The notes: generated from the sequence alone by a model not told the origin. Positions 41,132-51,946 are shown, counted from the stretch's first letter. The stretch is 64,000 bases of DNA from Ignavibacteriota bacterium (GCA_963701295.1 OY969585.1:320001-384000), one strand, 5' to 3'. Made by a program: numbers and translations.

Positions 41132-41419
41132 GATATACCTCCTATAGTAATTGTGTTGAAATTTACATGGTGACTTTACCACATAAACTTCCTAGAATCA
41201 CCTGCGAAAATGGTACTCAGTTTTCCTTAAAATCTCAAGCAATACTCGGTACGATAAACCAGATATTGCCTATATAAACAGGTTCTTTCCGCCAATTAAA
41301 TATAACTATCTTTAAATGTACTCTTGTGTTTTTCTTATATCGACGATCTGAGAACATTAACAGGAAAAATACTTGGGTTTTTTTTATCCATAGCACATGA
41401 GATTTTGTACTTGTGAATA

Positions 41420-41773
41420 TTACTTTGGAATTACTTGGAATATTTTAAGAATTGGGATAAGAACTTTTACAGCGAATATACTCAGAATAGTACCAACGAG
41501 GAATAAGATAATGCCACAAATCGCCCACCGTTTTTGCACCCGTTGAAAATGTTCAATGCTTTTCCAGCGTTTATTCTGCCAAGCCCATTCATTCCCTTTG
41601 AATCCTAATACAAATGCCATAAGAATCCCAACAACCGGAATAATGCTGAGCAACGCGATATATGTCCTGTTAAACAATCCCCATAATACATTAAGGAAAA
41701 AAGCACCCCAGTTCCATGATTGAATTTCTGAAGGTATGTCAGAATCTTTTCCTTGTCCTGATGTGTTTTCCAT
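41420..41773 (-). CDS. Small membrane protein with WNWGAF motif
   Basis: NTSGQG...WNWGAF...GFKGNEWAW...F.RVQKRW. Confidence 0.8.
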   Translation of the reverse strand: MENTSGQGKDSDIPSEIQSWNWGAFFLNVLWGLFNRTYIALLSIIPVVGILMAFVLGFKGNEWAWQNKRWKSIEHFQRVQKRWAICGIILFLVGTILSIFAVKVLIPILKIFQVIPK

Positions 41774-41877
41774 ACAAGAATTCTATTTCTCTGACGATGA
41801 GATGCCTATAATCAAATACGGTAAAATAGATTATGAGTTTCTAATTCCAGTGCCAAAATAGTAGAGATTTTTCAGCC

Positions 41878-41896
41878 AAAATACAAACGCCGATGA
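41878..41896. repeat. 19-bp direct repeat, copy 1
   Basis: aaaatacaaacgccgatga, identical to 43186-43204. Confidence 0.8.
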
Positions 41897-41964
41897 CCGG
41901 AGAATTCAACCGTTGAATAACGGTAATCTTGGTGTAGACATATCACTCACGGATTATTTGTTTT

Positions 41965-42630
41965 TCATTTAAGTTGAAAATTTTCCATGAAAAGCAATCG
42001 CACTCCTAATCCAATGAGCACCGTACCTGTGATCCTTTGTCTCCATATGGAGAATTTCCCGTCCTGTGTGAACCTAGTACTCATGGTAGCCGCGATAAAC
42101 ACCAACATGGACTCATACACAATATCCAGAATTGCCAGAATCGCTCCCAGCGTAATAAATTGCAAAATGATCCAGCCATGCCGGGGATCAACAAACTGAG
42201 GAACAAACGCTAAGAAAAAAAGTGTAACTTTCGGATTCAGGACACCGGTGATAAAGGCTTTTGCAAAAGGTCCGGTTGAACTTCTACCCTGTGTGTTTGC
42301 AGAGGTTTCGCCGATTTTTTGTTTAGAGAAGGCTTTGATTCCCAGATAGATTAAATATGCAGCTCCTAGATATTTGACAATAATATAAGCTGCAGTTGAT
42401 GTTGCTAGGATAGCTGACAATCCGAGTGCAGCTGCGATAGCATGAACGAATGTTGCGGTATTAAGCCCTATTGCCGTTATGATGCCTGCCTTTCTCCCTT
42501 CACCGATGGTTCTCGTAAGCACAAGTGCCTGAGCCGGACCTGGCGCTAGAATGATGACTATACTCGCCGTTATGAATGTAATCAACGTAGTCGAATCGTA
42601 CATTTGTAATACCAAAAAGAAAATATTCAA
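41965..42630 (-). CDS. LysE/RhtB-family exporter
   Basis: PGP, GAAYLIYLG, LNPK..LFFLAFVPQF. Confidence 0.92.
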   Translation of the reverse strand: MNIFFLVLQMYDSTTLITFITASIVIILAPGPAQALVLTRTIGEGRKAGIITAIGLNTATFVHAIAAALGLSAILATSTAAYIIVKYLGAAYLIYLGIKAFSKQKIGETSANTQGRSSTGPFAKAFITGVLNPKVTLFFLAFVPQFVDPRHGWIILQFITLGAILAILDIVYESMLVFIAATMSTRFTQDGKFSIWRQRITGTVLIGLGVRLLFMENFQLK

Positions 42631-42654
42631 ATTGGAAGGAGATTTTTCTCCGGC

Positions 42655-43062
42655 CTATTCACCGCCGAATACCGACACGAGCAATTGTGTCACAATGGTA
42701 ATTAGATACCAATGCAGGATAACGAATATTCCCATCACAAGAATAAAAACAATGACACGTCCGAAGGTCACACCCTTTAATTCCTCGAAGAATCTCTGAA
42801 AAAGAGTGAAAGGCGTTAATAAGCCAATCAAAAACCATATAACAATGGAAACGAAGAAAAAGATGGAAATGTGCCCGTTAAATTCTTCTAAATCTAAATC
42901 CATGACTACGGAAAACATATATCCTAGGAGAACCAGTGCAAAACCGAGGAGTGTACTAAGAAACACTGCCCCAAGTCTTAAAAAAATAGTTCCGAATAAA
43001 GTTTCTTGTTCCGACTCTTCCGGGGGTTCTATTTGTAAGTCTGCCATATGCATTCCCTTCAA
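42655..43062 (-). CDS. Hypothetical membrane protein
   Basis: Three hydrophobic segments; no recognised motif. Confidence 0.6.
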   Translation of the reverse strand: MKGMHMADLQIEPPEESEQETLFGTIFLRLGAVFLSTLLGFALVLLGYMFSVVMDLDLEEFNGHISIFFFVSIVIWFLIGLLTPFTLFQRFFEELKGVTFGRVIVFILVMGIFVILHWYLITIVTQLLVSVFGGE

Positions 43063-43184
43063 TTATGATGAAGTACTCAAGGAGTAAATCATTCTCCTTA
43101 AGGCGTATTAGCTTTCCGTGATGCTATTGGTATTATGAAGCATAATGGAGATAAATTGATTTAATAACAATAGAATTGCGAGTT

Positions 43185-43223
43185 AAAAATACAAACGCCG
43201 ATGATGTTTCCACCATCGGCGTT
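43185..43223 (-). terminator. Intrinsic terminator downstream of nrdJ (contains 19-bp repeat copy 2)
   Basis: aacgccgatg/catcggcgtt stem followed by tgtattttt on the - strand. Confidence 0.7.
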
Positions 43224-43301
43224 CGTCGCAATTTTACTTTCTGTTTTTACTTCCCCCGTTACTCATAGCCTCACCTGTTATTGTAAATATTTCCCTTTCA
43301 A

Positions 43302-43369
43302 TGTCATACCCGCGAAAGCGGATATCTTACTCATTACAATATAAGATTCCCTCTTACGAGGGAATGACA
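43302..43369. repeat. dRS3/REP-like inverted palindrome pair
   Basis: tgtcatacccgcgaaagcggatatct ... agattccctcttacgagggaatgaca; right unit fits ATTCCC-N8-GGGAAT. Confidence 0.75.
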
Positions 43370-43375
43370 GGCTTC

Positions 43376-46144
43376 TTATGAACATCCTGAAGTCGAACCA
43401 CATTCTAAGCACTTGTAGCACGAGCCGCTGCGGATCATAATACTACCGCACTCGTGACACGGAGGTGCGTCGGATTGGGTCTCGAATACAAACTTTTCAT
43501 TCTTCTCCCACACCGAAGCGGCTTTCGTTGCAGCGGCTGTGAGAATCCCTACCGGTTTCTTTGCGGTCTCTTCCGAAATTTTCACGTCGCTGACTTCATT
43601 ATTCGTATTCACCATACTGTTCTCTTCTTTGATAAATTTCTTGCCGAGCCAGCGGAAAATGTAATCGCTCACGGATTTCGCAATCGGGATATCCGGATTG
43701 TTCGTGAAGCCGGACGGCTCATAGCGCGCGTGGCTGAACTTATCTACCATCACCTTCAACGGGACACCGTATTGCAGTGCAATCGAAATCGACGTGGCAA
43801 GCGAATCCATCAATCCGGAAATAGTGGAACCCTCCTTGGACATCGTAATGAATAATTCGCCCGGTGTTCCGTCTTCAAACATCCCGACAGTAATATAGCC
43901 CTCGTGCCCGGCAATACTAAATTTATGTGTAATGGATTGGCGCTCGTCCTGCAAATGCCGACGTGCAGGTTTGTTGGTCATCTGCTGTTTTTCTTTTTTC
44001 TTATCGAGCGATGTGCTGAGCGGCTGTGTGCGCTTGCATCCGTCGCGGTACACGGCAATGGCTTTCAACCCGAGCTTCCACGCTTCGGTATATGCTTGCA
44101 TAATATCTTCAGCGGTCACATCGGTCGGCATGTTTACCGTTTTGGAAATTGCGCCGGAGAGGTACGGCTGTGCTGCCGCCATCATCTTGATATGCCCCAT
44201 ATATTGAATGGAGCGCTTGCCGTTTGCCGGTTTGAATGCGCAGTCGAATACCGAAAGATGTTCTTCTTTCAGATGCGGCGCGCCTTCGATGGTATCGTTC
44301 TTATCGATGAAAGCAATAATATGTTCGATCTGTTCGCCGTCGTATCCTAACTTCGTGAGCGCTTCCGGAACGGTTTGATTGACGATCTTCATCAAACCGC
44401 CACCGCTCATTTTCTTGTACTTCACCAGAGCAATATCCGGTTCGATTCCTGTGGTATCGCAATCCATCATGAAACCGATCGTACCGGTCGGGGCAAGAAC
44501 AGTTGTCTGTGCATTGCGGATGCCATGCACTTGTCCTAACTCAACAACATCCTTCCATACATTGCGCTGTGCTTCCCAGAGACTGGGTTCCACTGCATTC
44601 TTATCGATGCGTTCTGCGTGAATGCCATGTTTTGCCATCACATTTAACATTGGATCTCTATTTGCTACAAATCCGCTGAATGGCCCCTGCGCTTCGGCAA
44701 TCTTTGCAGATTGTTTGTACGCTTCGCCGCACATGAGAGAAGTGATGGCAGCGGTAAGCGTTCTGCCTTCGTCGCTGTCATACGCAACACCACGGGACAT
44801 CAGCAGCGCGCCGAGATTTGCGTACCCGAGTCCGAGCGGACGATAGTCGTGACTGTTTTGCGTGATCGCTGGTGTCGGGTAACTCGAATTATCAACGGAC
44901 ATATCCATTGCAGTAATCGTAACCTGAATGGCTTTCTTAAACGCTTCCACATCTATATCACCGTTCGCTCTGCGGAACTTCATCAGATTCAGTGATGCAA
45001 GGTTGCATGCGCTGTCATCGAGGAACATGTACTCGCTGCAAGGATTCGATGAATGGATCGGTGCCGTACCGGAGCACGTGTGCCAGTTATTGATCGTCGT
45101 ATGGAATTGGATACCGGGATCGCCGCAGATCCATGCCGCATTGGCAATTTGTTTCATCAGGTCGCGCGCGCGGAATTTTTCTACCGGCATTCCGCCTTTT
45201 ACGGCTTTAGTCCAAAATTCTTTATCTTCCAGAACGGCTTTCATGAATTCATCGCTCACGCGAATGGAGTGATTGGCGTTTTGATAAAAAACAGAATCGT
45301 ACGCGCCTCCGGGTACATTGAAGCCGCCGTCATAGCCTGCGTCGATGAGCGCCCATGCTTTTTTTTCCTCTTCTGCTTTGCAATTGATAAAGCTGACAAT
45401 ATCCGGATGTTCAACGTTCAGAATCACCATCTTTGCTGCGCGGCGTGTCTTCCCTCCGGATTTTATAACGCCCGCAAACGCATCATATCCTTTCATGAAC
45501 GAAACCGGTCCAGACGCAGTACCGCCGCCGGTGATACGTTCCTTGGAGGAGCGAAGTGTGGAAAGATTGGAACCCGTGCCCGAACCGTACTTAAAGAGCA
45601 TGCCTTCTGTTTTCGCAAGCTCCAGAATAGAGGACATGGAATCTTTAACCGAATTGATAAAGCATGCCGAACACTGCGGCATTTTTTCCACGCCGACGTT
45701 GAACCAAACCGGGCTGTTGAACGACATATATTGGTTGACGAGAAGATACAGCAACTCGTGATAAAATATTTCCGCATCTTCTTCAGATGCGAAGTAACCG
45801 TCTTTCAATCCCCATGTATAGTACGATTTGGCAACACGATTGATAAGCTGCCGTATGCTCGTTTCGCGTTCTGCAGTCCCTAATTGACCATAGAAGTATT
45901 TCGAGACAACGACATTGGTTGCTGTCATTGACCACGATTTGGGAATTTCGACATCTTTTTGTTCAAAGATTTTTTCCCCTCGATCGTTCGAGATCGTAGC
46001 AGTGCGCCGTTCCCATTCAACTTCATCAAAGGGATGCACGCCTTGTTTCGTAAAGAACCTTTCGAAACGTAATCCCCGTTTCACAGTTTCGTGCTCCTGT
46101 GTGCGGGAATTAACTTGGGCGGCTGGGGACTGCACATTTTGCAT
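43376..46144 (-). CDS. nrdJ: Class II (B12-dependent) ribonucleotide reductase with TSCPD domain and C-terminal zinc ribbon
   Basis: FNSPVWFN, CSACFI, NPCSEY, IAPTGT-like LAPTGT, SGAISKTVN, terminal CxxC...CxxCGSTSGCS. Confidence 0.95.
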   Translation of the reverse strand: MQNVQSPAAQVNSRTQEHETVKRGLRFERFFTKQGVHPFDEVEWERRTATISNDRGEKIFEQKDVEIPKSWSMTATNVVVSKYFYGQLGTAERETSIRQLINRVAKSYYTWGLKDGYFASEEDAEIFYHELLYLLVNQYMSFNSPVWFNVGVEKMPQCSACFINSVKDSMSSILELAKTEGMLFKYGSGTGSNLSTLRSSKERITGGGTASGPVSFMKGYDAFAGVIKSGGKTRRAAKMVILNVEHPDIVSFINCKAEEEKKAWALIDAGYDGGFNVPGGAYDSVFYQNANHSIRVSDEFMKAVLEDKEFWTKAVKGGMPVEKFRARDLMKQIANAAWICGDPGIQFHTTINNWHTCSGTAPIHSSNPCSEYMFLDDSACNLASLNLMKFRRANGDIDVEAFKKAIQVTITAMDMSVDNSSYPTPAITQNSHDYRPLGLGYANLGALLMSRGVAYDSDEGRTLTAAITSLMCGEAYKQSAKIAEAQGPFSGFVANRDPMLNVMAKHGIHAERIDKNAVEPSLWEAQRNVWKDVVELGQVHGIRNAQTTVLAPTGTIGFMMDCDTTGIEPDIALVKYKKMSGGGLMKIVNQTVPEALTKLGYDGEQIEHIIAFIDKNDTIEGAPHLKEEHLSVFDCAFKPANGKRSIQYMGHIKMMAAAQPYLSGAISKTVNMPTDVTAEDIMQAYTEAWKLGLKAIAVYRDGCKRTQPLSTSLDKKKEKQQMTNKPARRHLQDERQSITHKFSIAGHEGYITVGMFEDGTPGELFITMSKEGSTISGLMDSLATSISIALQYGVPLKVMVDKFSHARYEPSGFTNNPDIPIAKSVSDYIFRWLGKKFIKEENSMVNTNNEVSDVKISEETAKKPVGILTAAATKAASVWEKNEKFVFETQSDAPPCHECGSIMIRSGSCYKCLECGSTSGCS

Positions 46145-46322
46145 ATGTTACTCCTTGCTTAAAAAAGGGACGTCTTACGACGACTCGGATAACTTGAGTT
46201 CAACTTTCTGAAAAATATTGATGATATAAATATAAAGAGTGGCCGTTGCGCGCCACATGTATTCTCCTCTTTTACGACTCCAAACTTACAGAAATCTCAA
46301 ACTCTTCTTCTTTCTTTTTGGC

Positions 46323-46367
46323 GTCGCAACTGGTTGTAAATATATTCTGTTACAGTCCCTTTGTCAA
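46323..46367 (-). promoter_or_regulatory. nrdJ promoter with a possible NrdR-box-like site
   Basis: TTGACA (46367-46362), 17-bp spacer, TATATT (46344-46339), then TACAACCAGTTGCG. Confidence 0.6.
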
Positions 46368-46773
46368 GTTAATAATTAAGTGTTTTTTAAAGGGCTGAAC
46401 ATATAAAAAAATCACTTGACACAAAAAACATTTACTCCTCAGGAGCTAAACTTAAACTCATTCTATTTTTAACATCTCTTATATCTATTCAGTACATTCA
46501 GCAGAATACCATTGGTTAAAATAGACAAATCAAATTTTTCTATTTTTTCCTATTTCATAAATAAAATAAATATCTTCTGACATCCTGATTAATGAACAAT
46601 TCCGATCTTGAAAAAGTTCTCCCTTTCATTGAGATGTCTATGTCCAGTCAAAAATCCTTTAGGAGAAATGATGTCCCCCACCAATGTTTCTGGAAATCAT
46701 ATCCTTTGCGATGAAACTCGAAAGAAAAAAACTGATTGTCTGTACTGCAAAGACAGACGAAGTCCAGTAAAAG

Positions 46774-47316
46774 TCATTTCGGAAGAGGAACGCGTACAAA
46801 TTTCCGCTGAACAATTCTATCAGGGACAATCCATGCATCACGGTATCCTTTTTCCGTGAACTCCGGTAGTCGCTGGTTTGCTTCGTAGCGATTTACAAAA
46901 TCTCCAACCCGTACTTTATACACCGGTGCATCATACACCACATACACTGAATCACCGATAAATTTCTCCGTCACGACTTCTTTCATGAGCGTCGCCTCAT
47001 CAACACCGGAAGAAGAAAAAACCTGAATGCGAAATCCCTGTATTGCTTCTTCCACAACGACCATACTGTCTTTCGGAATTTCTAGCGGCGCCTGCTGTTT
47101 CTTTTCCTCAACGTGTGCCTTCTCAACGACCTCAACTTCTTGATCATAATCTGCCGGGTTGAGCGTTGCTTCGTATTCCGCCAACGAGCGCTTATCTTCT
47201 TTCGGTGTTTCCTGCTTCGGTTCTTCATCCCGAATAAATGACCGCGATGATGTACAACCTGCCGTTAATAGCACCAGCACACACAGTGCAAAAAAAAGAA
47301 TATGGATTTTCATCAT
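46774..47316 (-). CDS. SPOR-domain lipoprotein
   Basis: Lipobox TAGC; GFRIQV, PVYKVRVGDF, DAWIV. Confidence 0.85.
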   Translation of the reverse strand: MMKIHILFFALCVLVLLTAGCTSSRSFIRDEEPKQETPKEDKRSLAEYEATLNPADYDQEVEVVEKAHVEEKKQQAPLEIPKDSMVVVEEAIQGFRIQVFSSSGVDEATLMKEVVTEKFIGDSVYVVYDAPVYKVRVGDFVNRYEANQRLPEFTEKGYRDAWIVPDRIVQRKFVRVPLPK

Positions 47317-47888
47317 GGTATGAAGTTGATCCAGCATTGGTTGTACTCTTTTGAATATTGTTCTTTCATAGTATCAGCAAGTGCGAACGCTTTCTTGCGG
47401 TCTTCATACCTCCCGACACTCACGCGGTACAGTTTGGCACTCTTGACATATCTGTTAAAGACGGGTTGATGGGTAAATCGTCCTTTTGCTTTCTTTTGTG
47501 TTCTCAATGCATTGGATGCTTGAGCGAACGCGCCTATCTGCACAGTATAAATCGGGTGTTCCGGGTACTCGATCTTGATGTGCGGATATGCAGAAGATTT
47601 CATTTTATTTATTACAGATGCTCGCACCGTATCCTGCTTTGATTTGAATTTTGGTGCAACACGCGACGATTTATCTGAAAAAAGTTTTGAGTTATTTTTT
47701 GAATTCAGCATGGAATCTTGCTTCATGTCCTGACCACCCACATGGTGCATCGTATCAATCGAACCAAAGATCTGAACCGGAGACTTTGCTCTATTTCCTG
47801 CGCCCGTTTCTTCCGATGAAACACAGCCCATAAGTAAGAGAACCATGCCAAGTAACAACACACTGACTATGTACAATTGTCGACTCAC
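47313..47888 (-). CDS. SPOR-domain lipoprotein
   Basis: Lipobox LMGC; YTVQIGAF...NA, LYRVSVG. Confidence 0.82.
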   Translation of the reverse strand: MSRQLYIVSVLLLGMVLLLMGCVSSEETGAGNRAKSPVQIFGSIDTMHHVGGQDMKQDSMLNSKNNSKLFSDKSSRVAPKFKSKQDTVRASVINKMKSSAYPHIKIEYPEHPIYTVQIGAFAQASNALRTQKKAKGRFTHQPVFNRYVKSAKLYRVSVGRYEDRKKAFALADTMKEQYSKEYNQCWINFIP

Positions 47889-48658
47889 CGAGGGCCTCTT
47901 TTAGTAGTGGATAGTGATCCTATTTCCTCCCCTGTAATGATTTTGATACTTGCGCTTGTGCCTATTCGTGTCGCACCGCTTGCAAGAAGAGCAAGTGCTT
48001 GTTTCTTTGAGTGCACACCACCAGAAGCTTTCACTCCCAACTCCGGACCAACGACTTTTCGCATGAGTGCAATGTCCTCGACGGTCGCCCCGCCTTTCAC
48101 AAATCCTGTCGACGTCTTCACGAAGTCTGCCCCTGCATGTTTCGCTAGAACACATGCTTTTATTTTTTCATCGTCGTTCAGCAATCCGGTTTCAATGATT
48201 ACTTTTACCAGTACTTTCAATCGATGCGCCGCATCGACAACTGCAAAAATTTCATGTTCGACATAATCATACTCGCGGGATTTCAACATTCCAATATTGA
48301 TAACCATATCAACTTCACTTGCACCATGTTTGATTGCCCGTTCCGTCTCAAATGCTTTCACTACACTCGATGTCGCGCCCAACGGGAAACCGATGACGGT
48401 ACAAACCTTTACATTCGAATTGCGCAGCAAGTCCGCACACAATTTCACATACGCCGGATTGATACACACGCTTGCGAAACTATAGTGTTTTGCTTCAGCA
48501 CAGAGAGTCTCAATTTCCTGCATAGTTGCTTCCGGTTTCAGAAGCGTATGGTCGATCATCCGAGCGAGCTTGGCATCGAAAGCGCTTCGTTCTATTCCGA
48601 CTTCGGCTTGAATCTGACCTTCTCCGTCCTGCATTCTATCGCTCACGTTATCTTTCAT
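47885..48658 (-). CDS. deoC: Deoxyribose-phosphate aldolase, paralogue 2
   Basis: [39 protein letters not shown]. Confidence 0.95.
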   Translation of the reverse strand: MKDNVSDRMQDGEGQIQAEVGIERSAFDAKLARMIDHTLLKPEATMQEIETLCAEAKHYSFASVCINPAYVKLCADLLRNSNVKVCTVIGFPLGATSSVVKAFETERAIKHGASEVDMVINIGMLKSREYDYVEHEIFAVVDAAHRLKVLVKVIIETGLLNDDEKIKACVLAKHAGADFVKTSTGFVKGGATVEDIALMRKVVGPELGVKASGGVHSKKQALALLASGATRIGTSASIKIITGEEIGSLSTTKRGPR

Positions 48659-48785
48659 ATGGAGAATTGCTTGCCAAACTCTTGATTTGAGTAGATCTTT
48701 TTTGCATCTGCTTGTATAAATATACGAGAATTATTTTGAGTTACAAGCATGGCAATGTAAGAACATCGCCGGCAACGAGAAACTC

Positions 48786-49709
48786 TTACATAAATATTTC
48801 GCCTGATTCAATTGGATAGCCCCTGAGAAATTCTTCGATGCCGAGCCGGCGTTTTCCTTCTTGCTGAATTTCAAGAAGAGAAACAACACCGCTGCCGGTT
48901 CCGACCTCCAGTTTATTCTGTGTTCGATTCAAGACAATTCCCGCTTGTGTTGATTGTCTCTCAATCATTCTGGTGCGAAATACTTTAATAAGCTTCGCCC
49001 TATGTGTCGTCCACGCAGAGGGGTGCGGCGAAAGTCCTCGAATAAAATTGTGGACATGTTGCGACGGTTTTGTCCAATCGATACGGCAGTCTCCTTTGAA
49101 AATTTTTGGTGCGGGACAGGCAAGTGAATCGTCTTGCCGATGCGGCTGCACGTTACCAAGTTCAATGAGGCGAACAGTTTGAAGAACAATTTCAGCACCT
49201 ACGACGGAGAGTGTATCGTGCAAATCGCCTGCAGTGTCATTCAAACCAATCGGCACTCGTGTCTGAAGAAGAATAGAGCCGGTATCCACCTCGTCCTTTA
49301 AAAAGAATGTCGTAACACCAGATTCTTTTTCTCCATTTATAAGAGCCCAATTGATCGGCGCGGCACCGCGATATTTCGGCAAGAGCGATGCATGAAGATT
49401 AAAAGAACCAAGTTTCGGGATAGTGTACACTTCTCGCGGCAGAATCCGGAATGCTACTACGACAATAAGATCGGGATGGAGCTGTTGAACTTCGGCAGTA
49501 AACGCTGCATCATGAAGTTTCTCAGGTTGAAGAACCGGAATCTGATGATGAAGAGCAAACTCTTTTATAGAGGTGAAGGAAAATTCGTGTCCACGCCCTC
49601 TTGGTTTATCCGGTGCTGTCACGACGGATGGAATTTCATAGGAATGATCGAGAAGGATACGAAGACTTGGAACAGCAAATTCCGGTGTACCCATGAAAAG
49701 GATTCGCAT
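48786..49709 (-). CDS. fmt: Methionyl-tRNA formyltransferase
   Basis: FMGTPEFA, NLHASLLPKYRGAAPI. Confidence 0.97.
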   Translation of the reverse strand: MRILFMGTPEFAVPSLRILLDHSYEIPSVVTAPDKPRGRGHEFSFTSIKEFALHHQIPVLQPEKLHDAAFTAEVQQLHPDLIVVVAFRILPREVYTIPKLGSFNLHASLLPKYRGAAPINWALINGEKESGVTTFFLKDEVDTGSILLQTRVPIGLNDTAGDLHDTLSVVGAEIVLQTVRLIELGNVQPHRQDDSLACPAPKIFKGDCRIDWTKPSQHVHNFIRGLSPHPSAWTTHRAKLIKVFRTRMIERQSTQAGIVLNRTQNKLEVGTGSGVVSLLEIQQEGKRRLGIEEFLRGYPIESGEIFM

Positions 49710-49712
49710 ACT

Positions 49713-50309
49713 TTACACCTTCACGGCAGTAACCACCGGATAGTCGGGATCAACTTCTCCCTTTCGAATCTTTCTCAACTTGGGCAGCAGCATACTTCGT
49801 TTTGCCTTGTTGACACGATCCACAAAGAGAACACCGTTGAGATGGTCAAATTCATGAAGAACAACGCGGGCAAGCAATCCATCCATGAATAGTTCTTGTT
49901 TCTTGAATTCACCGTCACGAAAACGAATACGTACTTTTTCTGCCCGTTCCACTGCACCACGTACTCCCGGAAGGCTCAAGCATCCCTCCTCCATCGACCT
50001 GGCACCTTCTTCATTCACTATCTCAGGGTTGATAAGCGCAAGCGTGCGTGGAAGACCGGGTGACGTCGGATGTGCAGAATCCTCCATTTCGCCTTCTGCA
50101 TTCGGCTCAGTGACATCCGAAATATCTATCGTAATCACGCGCCAAAGATCGCCGACCTGATTTGCGGCAAGACCTATCCCATTGGCCTCATGCATCGTCT
50201 CGAACATGTCATAAATGAGCTTGACGATCGAATCGCCCAGCGACACAACCGGTTTGGCTTTTTTCTTGAGAACTTCGGTTCCAAAAAGATAAATGGGAAG
50301 AATGGACAT
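49713..50309 (-). CDS. def: Peptide deformylase
   Basis: GIGLAANQ, EGCLS, HEFDHL. Confidence 0.96.
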   Translation of the reverse strand: MSILPIYLFGTEVLKKKAKPVVSLGDSIVKLIYDMFETMHEANGIGLAANQVGDLWRVITIDISDVTEPNAEGEMEDSAHPTSPGLPRTLALINPEIVNEEGARSMEEGCLSLPGVRGAVERAEKVRIRFRDGEFKKQELFMDGLLARVVLHEFDHLNGVLFVDRVNKAKRSMLLPKLRKIRKGEVDPDYPVVTAVKV

Positions 50310-50350
50310 GGGTTTTGCAATCTCTTGTGTATTCTCTTATTCTCAGGATA

Positions 50351-51055
50351 TCATTCCACAATCCGCCGGGCACATTCATATCGCTTAACATAATAGGTAC
50401 TCTGAAGCGATGAGATCGTCACACCGAGTGAAACACTCGCGTGTGCGAACAGATCATCGCCCAGATAGAGACCAACGTGAGAAGCACTCTCGCCTGTCGT
50501 ATTAAAAAAAATCAAATCTCCGAATTTCAATTCACTCAACTCTACCGCCGTACCACTTTGTGATTGCTCATAACTTGAGCGCGGAAGCAGAATACCCATG
50601 GAATTCTTATAAACCGTCATAGTATATCCCGAACAATCCATTCCATCTATGCTCGATCCACCATGCACATACGATACACCCATATACTTAGAAATTTCCC
50701 GCATCATTTTACTTTGATCAAGTGGTTTTATAGCGGCGTTTTTTTCTTTTCGAAAATCTCGACCGCCCTTGGCGATGTGTTCTATCTCTTCTTTATCCGG
50801 TTTTTTGTCGGTCTCTTTTACTTCTTCTTCCGCCTCTTTCGATGAAAAACGCGGTCCATTGTGTGATGGTGCGGTAGAAGAAGATTTTTTCTCCTGGCTT
50901 CTGAATCGCGGTGATGACCCTCCGCAGCCTTCGAGCAACACGAAGACTGCGAGAACGATACTGATCACCAATAAGATGCGTTGTCTGCCCACGTTGAAGA
51001 AGGTGCTTTCCTTATGACAAAGCCCCGCACGCCGCGGGGCTTGCTTCGCCAACAA
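50351..51055 (-). CDS. NlpC/P60 peptidoglycan peptidase, lipoprotein (true start probably downstream)
   Basis: Lipobox LEGC; DCSG, LPRSS, GDLIFF, HVGLY. Confidence 0.9.
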   Translation of the reverse strand: MLAKQAPRRAGLCHKESTFFNVGRQRILLVISIVLAVFVLLEGCGGSSPRFRSQEKKSSSTAPSHNGPRFSSKEAEEEVKETDKKPDKEEIEHIAKGGRDFRKEKNAAIKPLDQSKMMREISKYMGVSYVHGGSSIDGMDCSGYTMTVYKNSMGILLPRSSYEQSQSGTAVELSELKFGDLIFFNTTGESASHVGLYLGDDLFAHASVSLGVTISSLQSTYYVKRYECARRIVE

Positions 51056-51088
51056 CTACGATTTTCCGGTTCTCCCGGCATGTTTCGT

Positions 51089-51946
51089 TTATCCAAGATA
51101 TGCACGCAGTGCTTTGCTTCGCGAGGCATGGCGCAGACGGCGAATTGCCTTCTCTTTGATCTGCCGAACGCGTTCACGCGTTAAGTTAAATTTCTCGCCG
51201 ATCTCTTCCAATGTCAGCGAATGTTCCGAATCGAGACCAAAGTATAACTTGATGACTTGCGCTTCGCGTTCACTCAGTGTTGCCAATGCACGCTTTACTT
51301 CATTTTTCAATGATTCTTCTAAAAGACCGGAGTCGGGTGTCGGTTGACGATTGTCTTGAATAACATCGAGCAAGCGGTTATCCTCACCTTGTGCAAACGG
51401 CGCATCCATTGATAAGTGCCTGCCGGAAATCTTCAGCGTATCGGAAACTTCAAAGAGCGACATATCCAGCTCTTCTGCCAGTTCGCTCGTGCTCGGTTCG
51501 CGTTCAAACTCTTGTTCCAGTGTACTGAATGCCTTACCGATCTTATTGAGTGCGCCGACACGGTTTAACGGCAAACGTACGATACGGGACTGTTCGGCCA
51601 GCGCCTGCAAGATCGACTGACGAATCCACCACACCGCATACGAAATGAATTTGAATCCGCGTGTCTCGTCAAAACGTTTTGCTGCCTTTATCAATCCAAG
51701 GTTACCCTCATTGATTAAATCACCGAGCGATAATCCTTGGTTCTGATATTGCTTTGCCACGCTCACCACGAAGCGTAAATTTGCTTTCGTCAATTTCTCT
51801 AACGCTTTTTGGTCGCCTTTTTTAATGCGCCGTGCGAGATCAATTTCTTCCTGCGGCACTAATAATTCGACTTTGCCAATTTCTTGGAGATACTTATCGA
51901 GCGATTGGCTCTCACGATTTGTATATTGTTTGCTTATTTTCACCAT
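51089..51946 (-). CDS. rpoD: RpoD/SigA-family sigma factor, short form lacking region 1.1
   Basis: [48 protein letters not shown]. Confidence 0.92.
   Translation of the reverse strand: MVKISKQYTNRESQSLDKYLQEIGKVELLVPQEEIDLARRIKKGDQKALEKLTKANLRFVVSVAKQYQNQGLSLGDLINEGNLGLIKAAKRFDETRGFKFISYAVWWIRQSILQALAEQSRIVRLPLNRVGALNKIGKAFSTLEQEFEREPSTSELAEELDMSLFEVSDTLKISGRHLSMDAPFAQGEDNRLLDVIQDNRQPTPDSGLLEESLKNEVKRALATLSEREAQVIKLYFGLDSEHSLTLEEIGEKFNLTRERVRQIKEKAIRRLRHASRSKALRAYLG

Noticed and set aside
44438-44451. tRNA T-loop-like GGTTCGATTCC
   Set aside because: Lies inside nrdJ, with no cloverleaf around it
45053-45883. 276-aa plus-strand ORF and other long ORFs antisense to nrdJ
   Set aside because: Shadow frames of a GC-richer conserved gene; no SD or recognisable motif
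43376-46144. Intein or intron in nrdJ
   Set aside because: Length and motif spacing are ordinary; no splice-junction or LAGLIDADG motifs
46145-46340. Cobalamin riboswitch before nrdJ
   Set aside because: B12-box and other conserved core motifs not found
46608-46859. Short ORFs between the SPOR gene and nrdJ
   Set aside because: They overlap the SPOR gene end and have no supporting signals
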